From the human T2T-CHM13v2.0 reference genome, Homo sapiens, in assembly GCF_009914755.1 (NCBI RefSeq), contig NC_060932.1: a DNA stretch of 64,000 bases; one strand, written 5' to 3'. Numbering within the stretch: position 1 is the first letter of the stretch; each line of letters opens with the position of its first letter. A program made the translations under genes and the position numbers. A model generated the notes under the pieces. It did not search any database, was not told the DNA's origin, and saw nothing but the letters and a program-made list of their open reading frames with translations. Positions 45,546 to 62,885 of the stretch are shown piece after piece.

Positions 45546-46244
45546 TAACACCAAGGAACTGTCCACAGTCTCTCCACCCACCCAGTAAACTGCTTCTCAT
45601 CTTGCCTGATTGTGAGCTTCTTTGTCTAGTCTATGGTGCAGTAAGAAAACTCGCTTTCCAGTTCATTAACGAAAGGTCTGCCAAGGCAGAATTTGTAGAT
45701 AACACTTAAGAAGCAAATGGGATTTTCGAAACAAAAAATAATAATAAATAGTTTGAAATGCTAGCATTCCTTGCCCTTCAAAAAAGTAAGAGGTGGGGAA
45801 GGAATTTGTCAGTAAGACGTGCTTTTAAAGTAAATGGAAAACATTTGCAAACTGGAAGAATACTGAAGTCATTTTTATCCTGTCACTTTATTTGGTGGTA
45901 GAAATTTTATTAGCCTATTTCTCTTTTCCTATTAAATACTCTCACATTTAAAAGGGGGAGGGGAGCATTTCTCAAAATGAAGAACTATGTTTAGCAATCA
46001 GTGTGTTTGATGTTCACTGCTCAGTATTAAAAATGTTTGGGGTGTAAAAAATGAAAGAATAGTAAATATGAATTGATGGTCTGGTACCATCTTTTATGAC
46101 TTGGTCTCTGTCAAATAGAAGTATTTGCCTCCTATGAGATTCACAATAAAAACCATTATCCATTAAGCATAGATCATTTCTTGGGAGCTACATTGTTGAA
46201 GAGAACAGCAAACAGAAGGAAAGAGGGAAGTACAGAAAAACAAT

Positions 46245-46495
46245 GTCGTCCAGCTGTTAAGAGCACAGATTCTGGAGCTAAAGTCTCTGAGTCCAAATCC
46301 AAGGTCAGCTGGTGATCTCGGGCAAGTTATGTAAAGTAACTTCTTAGTACTTCAGCTTTCACATCTGCAAATTAGGGATAATCATAGCTCATGCCTCATT
46401 CAGTTGTTAGGAGGAATAAATGACTGTTGGATGTAAAAAAATATGTAGAACAGTGTCTAGCACATAGTGCTGAATAAATGTTAGCAATTATTATG
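46245..46495 (+). mobile_element. MIR SINE
   Basis: aagagcacagattctggagc...gggcaagtta...catctgcaaattagggataatc...agcacatagtgctgaataaatgttagc. Confidence 0.75.
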
Positions 46496-46801
46496 TTCTG
46501 CTAAGGGCTTATCATCTGCAGGTGCTAATTTGCCTCTTGTTCTGTCCTAGATTTTGAATCTTGGAGGAAATCTGAGTTTTGATTGCAAGCTACAAATTCT
46601 TTACCTCTTTATCTGTCCTTTCCATAAAGATATTGGAAAAAAAATTTATTTTTGTCAAGCACACATGGCTTCCAATTTTAAAAATTCAATACCTAGTTAA
46701 AAAAAATGAAACTTTATTACCTTAGATGTTTTCTAGCAACATTTTTAAATGCTACGTCAAAGTTAAAGGTCTTGGTTCTCTTATGCTTTTTAGCAGCAAC
46801 C

Positions 46802-47255
46802 TTTTTAGCAGCTTTATTGAGATATAATTCACACATCATACAATTCCCTAATTTAAATAGTATAATTCAGTGATTTTAATATATTCATGAAGTTGTGAAG
46901 TCCTCACCAGAATCAATTTTGGAATATTTTTATCACCTCAAAAAGAAACTTAGGACTCTTTAGCTTTCACCTTCTGGTCTTCCCAACCCCCAGCCCTAAG
47001 TAATCACGAATCTACTTTCTGTCTCTATATATCTGCCTATTCTGGACATTTCACATAAGTGGAATCATATAAATATAGTTTTTTTGTGACTGGCTTCTGT
47101 CATTTAGCATGTTATTTTCACAGTTCATCCATGTCGTATCATGTATCTGTACTTCATTCCTTTCTGTTGCCAAATGATATTGCTTTATATGGATATACCA
47201 CATTTTGCTTATCCATTCATCAGCTGATGGACATTTGAGTGTTTGAACTTTTTGA
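46802..47255 (-). mobile_element. L1MB-like 3' end fragment
   Basis: cagctttattgagatataattcac...ctactttctgtctctat...ctgatggacatttg. Confidence 0.75.
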
Positions 47256-48202
47256 ATCCTTATTTACTTTACTTAGACTCTGTTGTATCCAACAAACTTG
47301 AGGGGAAGACCAAAAGATGATGATGATGATTAATCATATTTACAAGGTACTCTTAATGTACATTTTCTCAAAAAGCTTAAAATCTAAGCTTCATGAAACA
47401 AATAGATTGGCAATAATTACCCAGCAAAATACAGTAAGTGTTATAACTAAAGGCAGGGATGGGAGTTGATATAATAGGAGATGGGTGTGAAAAGTAGACT
47501 TAAAGCATGATAGTGGAGGGTTTTAAGTGCTTGCTGAGACACTTGGGCTTTATTCCATAAATAAGCACTTTATTCTGTGAAGGTAGTCATTAAGGCTATT
47601 GAGCTGAGCAATGACCATGACCAATTACAGAGGAAAGGATGAATCAGGACATACTATATATTGGATGCATAGACAACTGTTCAGAGCACATTATAATTAC
47701 TCACAAGTAATAAGAATGACAGTTGGAATGGGAAGGAGGAAATGAATGTAAGATGGAGACATCTGGAGGCAGAATAAACAGATTTCAATGCCCGGATGTG
47801 TATGGTAATGGGAAGGGAAAATTAAAGATGACCCTATTCTAAATGACTAGATGGATGGAAAACCATTAATGGGGACTGGAAATGTCAGAAGAAAAATGGA
47901 GCAGCCAGGACTATGGAAGAGATAATAGGTTCTACATTGGACATTTAAAATTTAAGGTTTTGGAGGAATAATCGTAGTAAATGCCACTAGAAGTTTGGAC
48001 ATGTGGGCTGATAATTCGGAGAAGAGGGAGACTTATTTAAGAAATGGTTTGGGGAATTATCTTCATGGAAGTGAAAAGTGAAGCCAAGAAAGCAAAATAG
48101 AAGTCACACTCAGAAAAAGTAAAGAGTTCAAAGACTAGAGAGATGAGAATAGAACCATGAAAAAACTCATTGTATCTAGTAAATAAATAGTAGATGAGTA
48201 AT

Positions 48203-48661
48203 TTTAATGGGTTGAACAGTTTCCCCTCCCAAATTCATTTCTACCTGGAACCTCAGAGTGTGACTTTATTTGGAAGTAGGGTTTTTGCAGATGTAATTAA
48301 GTTGTGATGAGGTCAGACTCGATTAGAGTGGGCTGTAATCCAACAAGCAGTATCCCTTATAAGACAAAGGAAATTTGGACAGAGACACAGACACACAGAG
48401 GGGAAGACCATGTGCAGAGGGAGGCAGAGACTGGAATGTCGCAACTACAAGCCAAGGAACACCTGGGATTGCTGGGAGCCACCAGAAACTAGGAAGAGAC
48501 AAGGAAGGGGGTCTTCTCTATTGCCTTCAGAGGGAATATGGCCCTACTGACACCTCAGTTTCAGACTTCTAAACTCCAGAACTGCCAGAAAATAAATCTC
48601 AATTGTTTTAAGCCAGTAAGTGTGTGGTAATTTTTCATGGAAGCCCTAGGAAACTAATACA
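48203..48661 (+). mobile_element. MLT1B/C-like MaLR solo LTR
   Basis: tgggttgaa...ttatttggaagtaggg...tttgcagatgtaattaag...caagccaaggaac...gccctaggaaactaataca. Confidence 0.82.
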
Positions 48662-49243
48662 GGAATCAACAAAGGAGTGGTCAAAAAGGAAGGCCGTGGA
48701 GGCAACAGTGTCAGGAAAGCCCAGGCATAGTGAAAATCTCAGGAAGTTTACAGAGCTCAGTGGTATCACGTCTGCAGAAAGAGTATATTATGGACTGGGG
48801 GGTGGAAAACGCTGCGAATTTGACAACTTCCAGATCACCACTGACTTGAAGAGATCAATTTTAGTTGCCAGAGCACCATGTAGAGCCCTTTGAATAGCCC
48901 ATCTCCCTCTTGTGTTCTCTGCGCTTGGGTCGCAGTGGGCTTAATTGTTTGAAATCCTCAATACACTGTTAAGTTCCATAGCAGTAGAGTAATGGTAAAA
49001 ACATTTGTTTTTTACCAATGTTTCCCTGTTGTCTAGAGACTGGAACGTAGCAATTGCTCAGTATGTGTGGAAAGGATTGAAGGATGGAGAGAAGAAGTGA
49101 GGAACTAGAAAGTTACGAATTTAGTTTACACTTGATTTTAGGACATGGAGGGGGTTGTTTTTAGGAGGGGTTATAGGTAGAGAGTTGAGTGCTAAGATTC
49201 TCTCCTTAGAGGTGGAGAAATTAGAGGTAAAAATAACAGTTTA

Positions 49244-49555
49244 GGCTGGGCGCGGTGGCTCTCGCCTGTAATCTCAGCACTTTGGGAGGCTGAGGCGGGT
49301 GGATCATTTGAGGTCAGGAGTTCGAGACTAGCCTGGTCAACATGGTGAAACCCCGTCTCTACTAAAAATATGAAAAGTTAGCTGGGTGTGGTGGCACGTG
49401 CCTGTAGTCCCAGTTACTCAGGAGGCTGAGGCAGGAGAATCACTTGAAATCAGGAGGCAGATGTTGCAGTGAGCTGGATCACACCACTGCATTCCAGTCT
49501 AGGCGACAGAGCGAGACTCTTGACTCCAAACAAACAAAAACAACAACAACAAAAA
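49244..49555 (+). mobile_element. AluS (Sx-like) with (CAA)n-type tail
   Basis: Full dimer; near TSD aaataacagttta / aaaatcagttta. Confidence 0.93.
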
Positions 49556-49969
49556 TCAGTTTAAAAGAAGAAAAAAAATAGTGAGGTGACAAGGCCTAAA
49601 TGAGAGTTTGAGCTATATTCATGTGCTATTGTACTGTAGCCCACAAACCTTGACACAAACTTGGAAAAAAACCCTAAGACTTCAGGACTGAAAGATGTAG
49701 TTTTTTACTTATTTTTATATTTTTGCCTCCATGTATTTTCTTATCTAGTGTCAGACATTATGCTGAGAGCTTTATGTAATAATCTCATTCAGTCCTCATG
49801 CTACAAAAATGTATCATTCTTATTTTATAAAAACTGTTACCATTCTTATTTTACAGATGAGAAAGCTAAGCCCAGAGAGGTTAAATAATTTTCCCAAGGG
49901 CATTCCATTGGTAAATAGCAAAGCTGAGATTCTATCAGGCATTCTGATTATTGAACCTACAACTCTTAA

Positions 49970-50338
<369 letters not shown>

Positions 50339-52820
50339 TACACTTTCACATATGATCAGTGCTTCTTAAATTTTTCCAGTCTGTAGATGTGGTGATAGGG
50401 TCCCAAAGCAGCAGCCTTCCCCCACAAGCATAATATTTTTGAAATCACCTCTTGTTTTCCATCCAAATTCTATATTTTGCTCTACTATGCATTTTTATTA
50501 GTTTTACTCTTATAAAATAGTTTTCTAATTTCTATTTCATTACCTGTACTATTAGTTAATGGAGAGATCCTGTTGCATTTATAAAATTAAACCAAAAGCG
50601 TGTATCAGACAGTTTTCTCTACCTTGGTGCCACAATATTTTGAAAACCTAGAGTTATACAAATAAGTAATTACAGATGGCAACCATTTTTTTCACTGCTT
50701 TATCAGCCACATAGTGGTGAATCACTGAGAAGAGATATTCAGAATGCTGCTAAAGCAGCTAAATCATATGTTGGTTTTAGACTACTATTGGAAGGAATTT
50801 GGTAAGTGTGTTTTCTTGTTAACAGTTCTCTTGTATCATATCTTAGGCTGGAATGGTTGCTTATTCAATATATGATATAGGAGACAGCCTCTTTTAACTA
50901 TCTGAAGGAAATACCCACCAAAGGGCATTTCCAGTGAAGAGAGATGACCAATTTGGTTGTGCTCTACTTTGGGGAGTCTCACTATATATAAGCTGAACCC
51001 TGATTCTCAAAGGACTCGTTATCACTACAACTAGCTCTCTTAAGACCGCTCTCAGACTTCATTTTATTGCAGTGATCTGGAAACATACATAAGAGTACAT
51101 TCACAGTTTTATCTATATTTGTTGATTGAAAATTATTCAGCGTTGCAGAAATATTTGCTAAGTCAACTTTAAACCATTTTTCAAAAATGACTAATGATTT
51201 CATTAATCTTACATACATTTTTAACCCTTTATCATGACACCTTTTTTGTTTTTAATTCTCCATGAGGAAAAGCCATTTCAATGCAAATTCCAAACACCAA
51301 CTACTATCTTTTTTCTCTTTAGCTAAATCATGGTATATCTGTATAATATAACAAGCTTTCAGAGTTCCTTTCTACTTCATTAGAAATTATCTTAAAAGAT
51401 GGGTACTCAAATTACTGAATTTTTTCTCTTTCTTAAAACATTCTTTTGAACACATTAAGAAAATTCAGAGCTTAACCTTGATGTAAGCTACTTTTAGTAA
51501 TCGTGTATTCAGAATGAAAGATGGTCTTGAAGAATCAACGTTTTCACAGTTTATCCTATTGTAGATTTGACTCCTTCTACACATACAACCTTACATTTTT
51601 TTCCAGGCAATATCTTTATCTCTCTAAAGTCTATATACCGTGTTGAAAATCTTCAGTTATTTTACCATTGAGTATAAAATATACCTTCATAAATACCATC
51701 ATATTAATACAATCAACATAGACCAATAAAATAATTTACTAATGTTTAGTGCTAGTGCTATCATCTAGTGGTAAGTTAAAGAACCTGTCTATCGAGGGTG
51801 GAGCCAAGATGGCTGAATAGGAACAGCTCCAGTCTAGAGCTCCCAGCATGAGCAACACAGAAGATGGGTGATTTCTGCATTTCCAACTGAGGTACCAGGT
51901 TCATCTCACTGGGGAGTGTTGGAAAGTGGGTGCAGGACAGTGGGTGCAGCGCATTGAGCCTGAGCCAAAGCAGGGCGAGGCATCGCCTCACCCAGGAAGC
52001 GCAAGGGGTCAGGGAATACCCTTTCCTAGTCAAAGAAAGGGGTGACAGACGGCACCTGGAAAATCAGGTCACTCCCACCCTAATACTGTGCTTTTCCAAT
52101 GGTCTTAGCAAACGGCACACCAGGAGATTACATCCCGTACCTGGCTCGGAGGGTCCCATACCCGTGGAGCCTCGCTCATTGCTAGCACAGCAGTCTGAGA
52201 TCAAACTGCAAGGAGGCAGTGAGGCTGGGGGAGGGGCGCCCGCCATTGCTGAGGCTTGAGTAGGTAAACAAAGTGGCCTGGAAGCTCGAACTTGGTGGAG
52301 CCCACCGCAGCTCAAGGAGGCCTGCCTGCCTCTGTAGACTCCACCTCTGGGGGCAGGGCATAGCCAAACAAAAGGCAGCCGAAACCTCTGCAGACTTAAA
52401 TGTCCCTGTCTGACAGCTTTGAAGAGAGTAGTGGTTCTCCCTGCACACAGCCAGATATCTGAGAATGGACAGACTGCCTCCTCAAGTGTGTCCCTGACCC
52501 CAGAGTAGCCTAACTGGGAGGCACCCCCAAGTGGGGCAGACTGACACCTCACACGGCCAGGTACTCCTCTGAGACAAAACTTCCAGAGGAAAGATCACGC
52601 AGCAACATTTGCTGTTCACCAATATCCACCGTTCTGCAGCCTCCGCTGCTGATACCCAGGCAAACAGGGTCTGGAGTGGACCTCCAGCAAACTCCAACAG
52701 ACCTGCAGCTGAGGGTCCTGACTGTTAGAAGGAAAACTAACAAACAGAAAGGACATCCACACCAAAACCCCATCTGTACGTCACCAAAATCAAAGACCAA
52801 AGGTAGATAAAACCACAAAG

Positions 52821-53838
52821 ATGTGGAAAAAACAGAGCAGAAAAACTGGAAACTCTAAAAATCGGAGCACCACTCCTCCTCCAAAGGAACGCAGCTCCTC
52901 ACCAGCAACAGAACAAAGCTAGATGGAGAATGAGTTTGACGAGTTGAGAGAAGAAGGCTTCAGACGATCAAACTACTCCAAGCTAAAGGAGGAAGTACGA
53001 ACCCATGGCACAGAAGCTAAAAACCTTGCAAAAAAAATTAGACGAATGGCTAACTAGAATAACCAATGCAGAGAAGTCCTTAAAGGACCTGACGGAGCTG
53101 CAAACCACAGCACAAGAACTACATGAGGAATGCACAAGCCTCGGTAGCTGATTCGATCAACTGGAAGAAAGGGTATCAGTGATGGAAGATCAAATGAATG
53201 AAATGAAGTGAGAAGAGAAGTTTAGAGAAAAAAGAATAAAAAGAAATGAACAAAGCCTCCAAAAATTATGGGACTCTGTGAAAAGACCAAATCTACGTCT
53301 GACTGGTGTACCTAAAAGTGACGGGGAGAATGGAACCAAGTTGGAAAACACCCTGCAGGATATTATCCAGGAGAACTTCCCCAATCTAGCAAGGCAGGCC
53401 AACATTCAAATTCAGGAAATACAGAGAACGCCACAAAGATACTCCTCGAGAAGAGCAACTCCAAGACACATAATTGTCAGATTCACCAAAGTTGAAACAA
53501 TGGAAAAAATGTTAAGGGCAGCCAGAGAGAAAGGTCAGATTACTCACAAAGGGAAACCCATCATGCTAACAGCTGATCTCTCAGCAGAAACTCTACATGC
53601 CAGAAGAGAGTGGGGGCCAATATTCAACATTCTTAAAGAAAAGAATTTTGAACCCAGAATTTCATATCCAGCCAAACTAAGCTTCATAAGTGAAGGAGAA
53701 ATAGAATACTATACAGACAAGCAAATGCTGAGAGATTTTGTCACCACCAGGCCTGCCCTAAAAGAGCTCCTGAAGGAAGCACTAAACATGGAAAGGAACA
53801 ACCAGTACCAGCCACTGCAAAATCATGCCAAATTGTAA
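52821..53838 (+). pseudogene. Disrupted L1 ORF1
   Basis: ATG at 52821, in-frame TAG at 52920-52922 and further lesions; C-terminal part KRPNLRL.GVP...REWG...YPAKLS is still open. Confidence 0.9.
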
Positions 53839-53901
53839 AGACCATCGAGGCTAGGAAGAAACTGCATCAACTAACAAGCAAAATAACCAGCTAACATCAT
53901 A

Positions 53902-57721
<3,820 letters not shown>

Positions 57722-58325
57722 ACAATGAGAATACATGGACACAGGAAGGGGAACATCACACACCGGGGCCTGTTGTGGGGTGGGGGGAAGGGGGAGGGAT
57801 AGCATTAGGAGATACACCCAATGTTAAATGACGAGTTAATGGGTGCAGCACACCAACATGGCACATGTATACATATGTAACTAACCTGCACAATGTGCAC
57901 ATGTACCCTAAAACTTAAAGTATAATAAAAAAAAAAGAACCTATCAGTTTTTTCAAGTATGTATTTTGAATACATTAAAATATATCATTTGATAGCATGT
58001 AATAGGCATGGCCCTTTTTGTTTTAGCTTTTAGGCTGCCTCTTTTTACTTTTTTCTTTTTTTGATTCAATACAAATTTGGCCTTTTCTAAGTTATGTGGA
58101 TTTAGTTTGATCAAAATTACTTCTGTCATATAAACTCCACCTTCCAAAAAGTGATTTGTAAACTGATCTTGAAGAACTTCAAGTAATTTTTTTGGAAGTT
58201 TCTTGTTCTATATGTGTCCTATTTTATTCTTCAAACTGAGACTTCTATCATTCAGTCAATTTTAGTTGAAAAAAATTCTGATGATTTCCCTAAAAAAATT
58301 TTTCTATTATGAAAAATTTCAAATA

Positions 58326-58635
58326 AATAATCTCCCTTTATCCATGGTTTCACTTTCTGTGGTTTCACTTTCCACAGTTTCATTTACCCATAGGTGAGTA
58401 CAGTACAATAAGATATTTTGAGAGAGAGAGACCATATTAACATAACTTTTATTACAGTGTATATTAATCTTTTGCTGAGCATAATTTATAAATTAAACTT
58501 TATCATAGGTATGCATGTATAGAAAAGAACATATATAGTGTGTATATATACAGAGAGAGTTCAATACTATCTGCAGTTTGAGTCATCCACTGGGGGTCTT
58601 GGAATGTATCCCTCATGGATAAGGAAGGACTACTC
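58326..58635. mobile_element. MER44 (Tigger7-derived) DNA transposon relic
   Basis: ttatccatggtttcactttc...cagtacaataagatattttgagagagag...catccactgggggtcttggaatgtatccc...ggataagg..ggactact. Confidence 0.8.
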
Positions 58636-59370
58636 TATATAGAAGTAGAGAGATTAGTGTAATTAGTGTAATAAACTCTGAGTCTAACCCATCTTTAGTA
58701 ATTATCAGTATCTTGTCCTAGTTACATCTGTTCTCCACTTTTTGTTGATGTTGTTATTGTTTTTCTGGAATATTTTAAAAGAAGTCTCAGCTATATCATT
58801 TTATCCATATTATCAGAGCCAACAAAAAATTAACAATAATTCCTTAATATCATATTATACTCTATCTATATTTTTCCCCTATTGTCTCACAAATCTGTGT
58901 TTAGATTTGGTTTGTTTGAATAAGGATCCCGCTGAGGTCCACACATTATATTAGTTGATATGTTTCTTAAGTCTCTTTTAATCAGTAAGAGTCCCCTTTT
59001 ATCCCCCTTATGCCGTTTACTTATTGAAGAAATTGGATTATTTGGCCTGTAAATTTTCCCACTTTCTGGATTGTGGCCCACTCTGTCTTTATAATATCGT
59101 TTAACATGTTTATCTATTCCCCCATATCTTCTGTAATCTAGTCATCTTATAGAGCTTGATTAGATTTGAACTGGATTTTTTGGAAAGAATACTTCTCAGG
59201 TGACAGAATAATATTATTCCTATTGTATCACAACAGGAGGCAAGAGATGTCTGCTTATTTCACTTTTAGCAATGTTAAAATTGATCAGGTAGTATTAGTC
59301 TGGCCCATCATTATAAATTCCCCCATGAATATTTTACATGTGGTTTTAGCATCCATTGATGTGTACTATG

Positions 59371-59586
59371 GTTTGTCAGCAATTTCCCCAACTCACAGGA
59401 TTTAAATTTAGTCATTTAAATTCCTCCACTAGGAAGGAGGAGGCATCCTGCCGTTATTGAGCAAGTTCTGTGCGCCAGAAATTCTGCTTAACAGTTTACC
59501 TACATTCTGTGCTTTGCTCTTCCCAAATCTTGCGCATTCCATACATCATAGTAGTTTAATAGGAAAGGAAACTGCGAATAGAGAGA
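59371..59586 (+). repeat. Arm 1 (source) of a 216-bp inverted duplication; overlaps a degenerate MIR
   Basis: Reverse complement matches 61732-61947 with about 5 substitutions. Confidence 0.97.
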
Positions 59587-61731
59587 TTAATCTGTTCAAG
59601 ATCATGTAGCTAGTAAGTGAGCCCAGTTCTGCAGGTTTGGAGGGTTGTTTTATGAAAAATTAACCTGGAAAATATTAATTCTCATTTATATGTAGAAGTG
59701 AGTAAACCAGATTAAAAGTAAAGACCAAACTGAATGGAATCAACAACATCTGTAGCATTTGTACTGCCATCAATAAAGCAATGCTAATGTTATACATGCT
59801 TAGTACTTCCCTTGCCCCAATTCTGGACCATTGGAGCCTAGCAAATAATTTATTTCAGTGATAAATATCCCTTTAATGGACCAAAAATGTAAGATGTATG
59901 TATTTTATGGAACACCATGACGTCCACCAAATAACATTTTTATAAAATGAAAAACTGTATCACAAAGCATTTTCTATAAGTCTTTAAACATCATTTGTTT
60001 TCAAGGTTTGGATTTAGTCTTGTTCAGAGCAGCAAGCTGATGTCTATATGACCTCCCAAAGTCCTTTCCAGTCCTGTGATTCTCACACTAATGAATTGAA
60101 ACAGAAAAGGATTATTGGGCCAGAACTTGGAGAGTCTTCAGAGCCAGAATGTAGAAAAAGTTACAAAATACAGATGTCTGTCAGGGATGGGATCCAAAGA
60201 GAAAAGCAGGCCAGAAGTTAGAAATAGATATGTTATTGTACAAAAAAAAAAAAAAGTTTTAATTTTGGCTTTTAACCAGAATAATTTTTTTAAATATTCA
60301 GATAAAGCTATTAAGCTATAATATCCAGTTGAGAGACAGTGAAGTCCTGTGATTAAGGATATATAGGTGAAAAAATTCATAATTCTTTACATTCAAGTGA
60401 ATACAGACCAGCTGTTGGTTCTTCAGACCTGTGCCAGATTGTACCTTTTAGAGAATCTATAATCTTATATTTTTCATTCAGAAGTAAAATCATTCTGATG
60501 CCCTTTGGAATTGTCAGTGTTGCATATCAAGAATTATAAATAGAAATAAAAACCTTTAAAATATTGTATAATTATGTGAGATATGGCAAAAATGTTTATA
60601 CTTTTTAACCCAAAAAGTAAGCCATTATTTTTATTGTTTTGTTGTTTATTGTTCTATTGAGGAAAAAGCCTCTTAAATTAATGCCATTCATTTTAATTGC
60701 ATACTAAACTTGGGAGAATTTGTTATATTAGGGAGATTTTGTTCTTTCTGAGGTTTTTTGTTTTGTTTTAACTTTTCAAAGGGTATCTTGTTCCAAGAAT
60801 ACTTTTTTTTTTCTCTTGGGCGGCAGGGTCAGGAGAAGAGGATCAGAGTAGGCAACAACTGAGAAGGTTCCTGATTGACTATTCTGTGTGGATGTAAGAC
60901 CTAGTCTATGGGCACCACTGGTTGTTGGATCTGTGTTGTTGTCGTTTATCCATCCATACAATTTTTTAGTTTTCTGTTTTACATCTTTATTTTTGTAAAC
61001 TTTCATGAATCTCAAGAGAAAAATTTGCCACCTATAACCTGTAATGTATCCCCTAAATAGCTAATTAGGTGTCTATGGCTTTTATTCTACCCTATAATGT
61101 GTTATGAATTTAACTAAATTGTCTAAAAAGCACTCCCCAAACTCATCTTTTCCACATTACATTCTTTCTACCTGATGATCCACGTAACAGGACACAGGTT
61201 ACCACCAAATAATAGTGGTCAGTGCAGCCAGAAATTCTATCTGCAAATTCCTGAATTAAGAGCCAGTCTTTCTAGCCCAGGAAATTTGCCTCTCTGTAGA
61301 TTTTCTAAGGGTTGATTTTGCAAGACTTAGAAAATTATAGATTCTTTGAGAGGCTTCTTTGTTCCCTTAGCCACCTGAAACCTAAAAACAACTAAATGAA
61401 CAGATGTATGGTTTGATATGTTCAGTTGATATGTAAATAGACATATTTTTGAAAATCCTGTGGCTGCTCTTATGGGAAATCAGGTATGTATAAGGTTAAG
61501 AGTGATTGGTGCTAAACTATTATATGTCATTATTTCAAGCAAATTTGACATGACAGACAGTAGGAAAGAAGAACATGATCAATGTCAAAGACATTCATGT
61601 TTCCTTGTAATGGTATATGTCACATATGTGCTTGACTCCTTTTTTTTGCATTCTACTTTGTGGAGACAGTGTTGAAGTGGTCATTTAAGAATATGACTGT
61701 GTTTGCAAACTATATACTCAGGAGTATATAG

Positions 61732-61947
61732 TCTCTCTATTCGCAGTTTCCTTTCCTATTAAACTATTATGATGTATGGAATGCGCAAGATTTGGGAAGA
61801 GCAAAGCACAGAATGTAGGTAAACTGTTAAGCAGAATTTCTGGCACACAGAACTTGCTCAATAACGGCAGGATGCCTCCTCCTTCCTAGTGGAGGAATTT
61901 AAATGACTGAATTTAAATTCTGTGGGTTGGGGAAATTGCTGACAAAC
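61732..61947 (-). repeat. Arm 2 (inserted inverted copy), flanked by 27-bp direct repeats
   Basis: caaactatatactcaggagtatatagt at 61706-61732 and 61943-61969. Confidence 0.97.
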
Positions 61948-62044
61948 TATATACTCAGGAGTATATAGTTTACTATATAAACATGAGTATATTCATGTTT
62001 ATCAGATTTAAACAAATATTTTGAAATTCCGAGTAGTTAGAAAA

Positions 62045-62885
62045 ATTTATTTTTAATTTTTTGGGTACATAGTAGATGTATATATTTATGAGGTAAATGA
62101 GATATTTTGATACAGTCATACAATGCATAATAATCACAACAGGGTAAATGCAATAACCATCACCTCAAGCATTTATCATTTCTTTCTGTTATAAACATTC
62201 CAATTATATTATTTTAGTTATTTTTAAATGCACAGTAAATTATTGTTCACTGTAGTCACCCTGTTGTTCTATCAGACACTAGATCTTTTTCATTCTAACT
62301 GTATTTTTGTATCCCTTAACCATACCCACCTCCCTTCCCCTGCCCCAATACTCTTCCTAGCCTCTGGTAACCTTCCTTCTATTCTTTATCTCCATGAGTT
62401 CAATCATTTCAATTTTTAGCTCCCACAAATGAGTGAGAGCATGCAGAGTTTGTTTTTCTGTGCCTGGCTTATTTCATTTAACGTAATGTCCTCCGGTTCC
62501 ATCTATGTTGTGGTAAATGACAGGATTTCATTCTTTTTTATGGCTGAGTAGTACTCCATTGTGTGTATGTACCACATTTTCTTTATCTGTTCATCTGTTG
62601 ATGGACACTTGGGTTGCTTCCAAATCTTGGCTATTGTAAATAGTGCTGCAATAAACATTAGAGTACAGATATCTTTTAAATATATGATTTCCTTTCTTTT
62701 TGTTATATACCTAGCAGTAGCATTGCTGGATCATATGATAGTTCTATTTTTAGTTTTGTGAGGACCCTCCATACTGTTCTCCATAGTAGTTGTACTAATT
62801 TATATTCCCACCGACAGTGTACATGGGTTCCCTTTTCCCCACACCCTCACCAGCATTTATTATTGCCTGTCTTTTGGATAAATCC
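62045..62885 (-). mobile_element. L1MA-like 3' end
   Basis: gggtacatagtagatgtatatattt...tttagctcccacaaatgagtgagagcatg...cattgctggatcatatg...cctcaccagcatt. Confidence 0.85.
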
